Positions 59,625 to 64,000 of a DNA stretch of 64,000 bases are shown here, in pieces; the first letter of the stretch is position 1; every line of letters starts with the position of its first letter. The translations under genes were made by a program, and so were the position numbers. Origin of the DNA: a virus; IMG/VR virus record IMGVR_UViG_3300013126_002744, positions 4,784 to 68,783 of that record. One strand, written 5' to 3'. The notes below the pieces were generated by a model that was given only the letters and a program-made list of their open reading frames with translations, did no database searches and was not told the origin of the DNA.

Positions 59625-61148
59625 ATGGCAAAAAATCCTTATCTGAAAACTGCTAATGAGGTGATGGAATACACCGCAGAGCAGGTATTGGAACTCCGTA
59701 AATGTGCGGATGACCCCGTCTATTTTGCTGAAAAGTATTGTCACATTCAGCACCCTGTAAAAGGCTCTGTTCCTGTAACATTATATGGTTATCAGAAGAA
59801 AATGCTCCAAGCATTCAAAGATAACAGAAACACCATCGTATTATCCGCCCGTCAAACAGGCAAATCCACCATGTCAGTCATATATCTTTTGTGGTATGCT
59901 ATGTTCCATTTTGAGAAAACAATTCTTATCGCATCAAATAAAAACGAAAACGCGATGGAGATGATCTACCGCATGAAGTTTGTTTATGAGCGTCTTCCTC
60001 ATTGGCTGAAACCTGGTCTGGAAGCGGACGGGTATAACAAACACAGCCTTGGTTTTGACAACGGCAGCCGCGTCCATTCTACAGCAACATCAGAAAACTC
60101 TGGTCGCGGTATGTCTATTTCATTATTGTTTCTTGACGAATTTGCGTTTGTGCGAGATACAATTCAACAAGAATTTTGGACATCTATCGCGCCTACACTA
60201 GCAACTGGTGGTGCTTGTATCATCGCATCAACTCCAAATGGTGACGCTAATCTGTATGCTCAACTATGGCGCGGTGCCCAACTTGAATCAAACGGGTTCA
60301 AGGCAATTGAAGTCAAGTGGGATGAGCCGCCAGGCAGAGATGAAGACTTCAAGCAAAAAGAAATGGCAAAGATTGGAGAAATCCGTTGGCGCCAAGAGTA
60401 CGAAAACGAATTCTTGTCTAATGACCCATTGCTGTTTGACACAATCGTCCTCGCCAATATGACAGCGCAAATCCAAACCACCAAACCTGTGGGCACAATT
60501 GGTGATATTGTATTCTATAAACAGCCGCAGGCAAACCAAACATATCTAATAGGTGTTGACCCAGCAACGGGTTCAGGGGATGATTATGCTGCTATACAAG
60601 TATATGATTTCCCTAACCTGGAACAAGTTGCTCAATGGAGGAGTAATACCACATCGTCAGTGATGACATATCACATGCTCAAGAAGGTGCTCACCATATA
60701 CGAAAAGGCTCAGGCTACGGTGTATTTTTCGGTGGAGAACAACGGTGTCGGAGAGGCAATAATAGCGTTGTACGAAGCAGACGAGAACCCACCAGAGTCT
60801 GCTGAGTTTGTTTCTGAGACCGGACAGAAGCGCAGAGGGATGACCACGACAGGTAAAACCAAAATGCAGGCATGCTTGATGATGAAGGAGATGATTGAGC
60901 GAAGTGCAATGAAAGTTAACTCTCCATTGCTGTTGGCAGAGATGAAGATTTACGTTCGTAAAAGCGGATCGTATGCAGCAAAGGTTGGAGGCACCGATGA
61001 CCTGATATCAGGCTCACTGATTGCATTGCGATTGTTAAGTGAGATCAGTTCATATGATCAAGATGCGTATGACAAATTGTACTCGCATGCATACATACCC
61101 CAAGACGAATACGATGATGGGGATTACGGAATGGATTTTGTTTTCTAA
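59625..61148 (+). CDS. gp17: terminase large subunit
   Basis: RQTGKST, LDEFAF, STPNG, GVDPATG, VENN and DDL. Confidence 0.96.
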   Translation: MAKNPYLKTANEVMEYTAEQVLELRKCADDPVYFAEKYCHIQHPVKGSVPVTLYGYQKKMLQAFKDNRNTIVLSARQTGKSTMSVIYLLWYAMFHFEKTILIASNKNENAMEMIYRMKFVYERLPHWLKPGLEADGYNKHSLGFDNGSRVHSTATSENSGRGMSISLLFLDEFAFVRDTIQQEFWTSIAPTLATGGACIIASTPNGDANLYAQLWRGAQLESNGFKAIEVKWDEPPGRDEDFKQKEMAKIGEIRWRQEYENEFLSNDPLLFDTIVLANMTAQIQTTKPVGTIGDIVFYKQPQANQTYLIGVDPATGSGDDYAAIQVYDFPNLEQVAQWRSNTTSSVMTYHMLKKVLTIYEKAQATVYFSVENNGVGEAIIALYEADENPPESAEFVSETGQKRRGMTTTGKTKMQACLMMKEMIERSAMKVNSPLLLAEMKIYVRKSGSYAAKVGGTDDLISGSLIALRLLSEISSYDQDAYDKLYSHAYIPQDEYDDGDYGMDFVF

Positions 61149-61158
61149 ATAGTATATT

Positions 61159-61798
61159 ATGAAACTAAATGAATTATTTGAGATGACCATGAGGTCTAAA
61201 AATAGACATGGACAAACATCTTCCCAATTTTGATGCATTTGAGCACCTTGTGAACGATACAAAACAATATGTTGGGACAATGCAGTATGGGTATAAAGTG
61301 CACCAATACAAATGGGAAAATACACTTATATTTGTAGCATTTGACGCCACAGGTGAATGGGTCGGATATGTTCAATACGAGGACGTCAACATACCCAATT
61401 ATGGTCAGGTGCTAAACACACTAGCAACAAAGGTTAAAGAAGATAAACGAGGCAATAAGTTTTCCTTGCAACTCCGATTGTTTATATCTTTGCATTTGGG
61501 GAAAGATCAGTTGGTAGGCAATGTAATATCCGTTGCAACAGAAAACCTGTTGCCACATATGCTCAAACACTTTAGCGTGTCTCTTATCAATGCCACAACA
61601 GGTGAGCAGCATGAATATTCTCTGGATAATTTTATGCGATTGTCTGGCATATCACAACCAACAGAATGGCAAATATTATTATCAGGTTCAACCAAACCAT
61701 ACATCAATGAAACCCCACATATGGGGTTTGCAGGACCTGAACACGAAGATAGACACTTATGGACATACGGTGAATTTTTTGAAGACGTGGACGACTGA
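61159..61798 (+). CDS. GNAT-like protein; N-terminal peptide (61159-61233) is out of frame with the body (61208-61798)
   Basis: MKLNELFE... in one frame; body with VKEDKRGNKFS in the +1 frame. Confidence 0.55.
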
Positions 61799-61799
61799 G

Positions 61800-62312
61800 A
61801 TGAAACTAAATGAAATCACACAACAACCAACACTATGGATGCCAATAGGGGCTTCAGGTTCAGGAAAGAGTACTTACCTACGGAAATTACGAGAGGCAAA
61901 TCCAAACATTTTGTCATTCTCCTTTGATGACCTACGACATGAGTGGTACGACAAAGAGGATTATGGTAGAGCGTTTAGATTGTCTACAGAAGACAAAGAC
62001 TTTAACAAGAAAGCGTATGATGTTTTCCGTGAGATGATCAAAACTCGTCAGGACATCTTTGTTGACAACACAAACCTGACAGCAAAGCGTAGAGCGTTCT
62101 ATCTTGAACTAGCAAGAAAGCACGGATACAGAACAATTGCTATTGAAATGCCAGTGCCTGATGTTGAACTGTTGGTCGCTCGTCAAAAAACAAGAGGGGA
62201 TAAAAATGTCAAGGCCGACGCTGTGAGAGACCAGTTCGCCCGCCTGGAGCGACCCACCCCAAAAGAATTTGATGAAATAGTTATCAGTAATCACAACCTC
62301 GAAGATAAATAG
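61800..62312 (+). CDS. P-loop kinase (AAA_33 / polynucleotide-kinase-like)
   Basis: GASGSGKST, DDLR, VDNTNL and lid RQKTR; start MKLNEIT. Confidence 0.85.
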   Translation: MKLNEITQQPTLWMPIGASGSGKSTYLRKLREANPNILSFSFDDLRHEWYDKEDYGRAFRLSTEDKDFNKKAYDVFREMIKTRQDIFVDNTNLTAKRRAFYLELARKHGYRTIAIEMPVPDVELLVARQKTRGDKNVKADAVRDQFARLERPTPKEFDEIVISNHNLEDK

Positions 62313-62338
62313 TATCATATCTTTTTTTGGAGAAAAAC

Positions 62339-64000
62339 ATGTCTATCCGCTTCTCGGTAATTTCAAACGCAGCAACATACTCTTTGTCCCGCTCTACAGC
62401 GGCAACGGACGAAGGCACACAGGCAACAATCACGCTAAATACAACAGGTGTTCAAAACGGCCAAGCGATTCCATACACCATTACAGGTATATCTTCAGCA
62501 GACATTGGCGGTGCTAGTTTGACTGGCCAATTTGACATAGTCAACGGCACAGATGTTACAATCCTAAACATCGCAGCTGACGTAACAACCGAAGGAGAAG
62601 AAGTTCTAACCTTGACTCTCGATGATCCAGGCACATCTGTTTCTGTCACAGTAAATGACACATCAATTCAACCGACATATAACCTATCAACAGGAGTCGG
62701 ATCTGTTGATGAAGGCAGTGTATTCACTGTTACACTAAACACAACAGGCCTGGCTAATGGTGTAACAGTACCATACACAATCACTGGCGTTGCATCTGCA
62801 GACATCAACAATGCAAGCCTAACAGGCAACTTTATTATTAACAATAACACTTCAACCCAGTCATTCACAGTCACATCAGATTTATTGACAGAAGGTGCTG
62901 AAACATTCACATTAACACTTGATAACAGTGCCGCTAGCGTATCCGTAACAATCAACGACACATCTATTGCACAAACAGGCGATCCATACTGGAACCAAGT
63001 TGTATTATTAACGCACTTTGATGGAACAAACGGCTCCACAACCTTCACGGATGTAAAGGGTAAAACATTAAGCCGCTTGGGCACTGTTGCAACCATCAGC
63101 ACAACAAAAAGTAAGTTTGGTGGTGCATCAGCGTACATGGGTGCCGCAAACGGCAATGCAGTTTTGGCCGCGGCAAGTGCAGACTTTTTATTCACAGGCG
63201 ATTTCACGATCGAATGTTGGGTTAACTTCAACACCATCCTAACAGACAGCCAAGCATGGTATGGTATGTTTGGTCTTAACGGAACTGGACGGTTCAGCAT
63301 GGGGTACTATGGGAACAACAACCAGTGGGCGGTGATGTTAAATTCATCAACAATCGAATACGTTGGTGGACCGGTAGCATCAACAGACACATGGTACCAT
63401 GTAGCGTTGGTACGATCAGGCATGGCTACAGGAAATATTAAATTGTACATCAATGGTGAATTCACAGGTACAGCTTTAACTAATACAGGAAACCTTGGCT
63501 TCAATAACCAACAACTGCTAATTGGTGCACGAGATCCTGTTAACTACACCGTGCGTGGATACATTGATGAATTCCGTATGACACGTGCCGCTCGTTACAC
63601 AAGTAACTTCACACCAGCCTCAGCAGCGTTTGGTGAAACCTTGAATGAGCTTGCTGACCCATTTGCAAACAGCACCGTCGCATTATTGCACTTTGACGGT
63701 GATGCAACAGATGTGAAGAATCATACATTCAGCACAACAAGCGTGACTTACGATAGCACCGCTAAGTTTGGTCAAGCGGTTGTATTAAGTGCATCACCGT
63801 CATACAGTATAACAAGCACTAGTGCCGACTACGCATTCGGAACTGGTGATTTTACAATTGAAGGCTGGTTCAGACCAAACAGTGGAACTGGATTCACATA
63901 CGGTCTGTTCCAGGTTGGTCCATCGTTTACACCATCAAATGCAGGCATCGGTCTCGCAATGTGGTCAGGTGGTTTCTACTTCATCAGAGACAACGGATAT
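62339..64000 (+). CDS. second Ig/Calx-beta plus LamG virion protein (runs off the window; absent from the ORF track)
   Basis: MSIRFSVISNAAT..., two Ig-like repeats, DFTIECW/DFTIEGW LamG motifs; GGAG RBS; ATAAATA at 62305. Confidence 0.85.
   Translation, partial: MSIRFSVISNAATYSLSRSTAATDEGTQATITLNTTGVQNGQAIPYTITGISSADIGGASLTGQFDIVNGTDVTILNIAADVTTEGEEVLTLTLDDPGTSVSVTVNDTSIQPTYNLSTGVGSVDEGSVFTVTLNTTGLANGVTVPYTITGVASADINNASLTGNFIINNNTSTQSFTVTSDLLTEGAETFTLTLDNSAASVSVTINDTSIAQTGDPYWNQVVLLTHFDGTNGSTTFTDVKGKTLSRLGTVATISTTKSKFGGASAYMGAANGNAVLAAASADFLFTGDFTIECWVNFNTILTDSQAWYGMFGLNGTGRFSMGYYGNNNQWAVMLNSSTIEYVGGPVASTDTWYHVALVRSGMATGNIKLYINGEFTGTALTNTGNLGFNNQQLLIGARDPVNYTVRGYIDEFRMTRAARYTSNFTPASAAFGETLNELADPFANSTVALLHFDGDATDVKNHTFSTTSVTYDSTAKFGQAVVLSASPSYSITSTSADYAFGTGDFTIEGWFRPNSGTGFTYGLFQVGPSFTPSNAGIGLAMWSGGFYFIRDNGY

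Larger units (their letters stand above)
33005..62311 (+). promoter_or_regulatory. series of gp55-type late promoters (T)ATAAATA
   Basis: At 33005, 35970, 37687, 38753, 41308, 44117, 47244, 48211, 50593, 53018, 54903, 55588, 58034, 59593 and 62305, each shortly before a start codon. Confidence 0.85.

Noticed and set aside
59625-61148. Intein or intron in terminase, portal, capsid or gp46
   Set aside because: Normal lengths, contiguous motifs and no splice signatures
43703-62312. Long upstream starts in the ORF track (44266, 57986, 61533; likewise 30472, 32966, 32994, 43010)
   Set aside because: They overlap neighbours or promoters; downstream ATGs fit the RBS, promoter or N-terminal motif better
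762-63504. Many short antisense or alternate-frame ORFs (e.g. 39279-39695, 62668-63300)
   Set aside because: Shadows of real genes, with no RBS or recognisable motifs
1-64000. CRISPR array, tRNA, rRNA, tmRNA
   Set aside because: No repeat-spacer periodicity, T-loop/CCA cloverleaf or conserved cores seen; few gaps are large enough
1-64000. Stop-codon reassignment
   Set aside because: Conserved genes are intact in the standard code, and TAA, TAG and TGA all end genes at expected positions
50639-64000. Diversity-generating retroelement acting on the lectin genes
   Set aside because: No reverse transcriptase and no adenine-specific template/variable repeat pair visible

Overview
This 64-kb window is the virion-morphogenesis core of a large T4-like (jumbo) myovirus read with the standard genetic code. 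From 0.6 to 25.9 kb on the minus strand lies a greatly expanded baseplate cluster: a 3318-aa wedge-like protein, gp6, gp25, a gp5-like spike, a hub carrying a lytic transglycosylase domain, and gp53- and gp48-like genes. The centre holds late sigma gp55, gp47/gp46 (Mre11/Rad50), RuvC and a 360-bp structured non-coding region where strand composition appears to flip. From 33 to 64 kb on the plus strand are the tape measure, portal, protease, scaffold, major capsid, neck, sheath, tube and terminase genes plus two LamG proteins. Three free-standing homing endonucleases are interspersed. The most interesting observations are: (1) a candidate structured RNA, AT-rich tract and GA-rich hairpin at 31.56-31.91 kb, possibly a replication origin; (2) about eight late accessory proteins (heme-binding, GNAT, kinase, nuclease-like) that share a capsid-targeting-like 'MKL..E' N-terminus; (3) late promoters placed inside hairpins that bury the RBS or AUG; (4) a -1 slippery site joining gp26 and gp51-like ORFs; (5) probable leaderless late genes; (6) extreme CTA-Leu usage in head genes. 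All calls come from motifs and synteny read by eye; no searches or computations were run.
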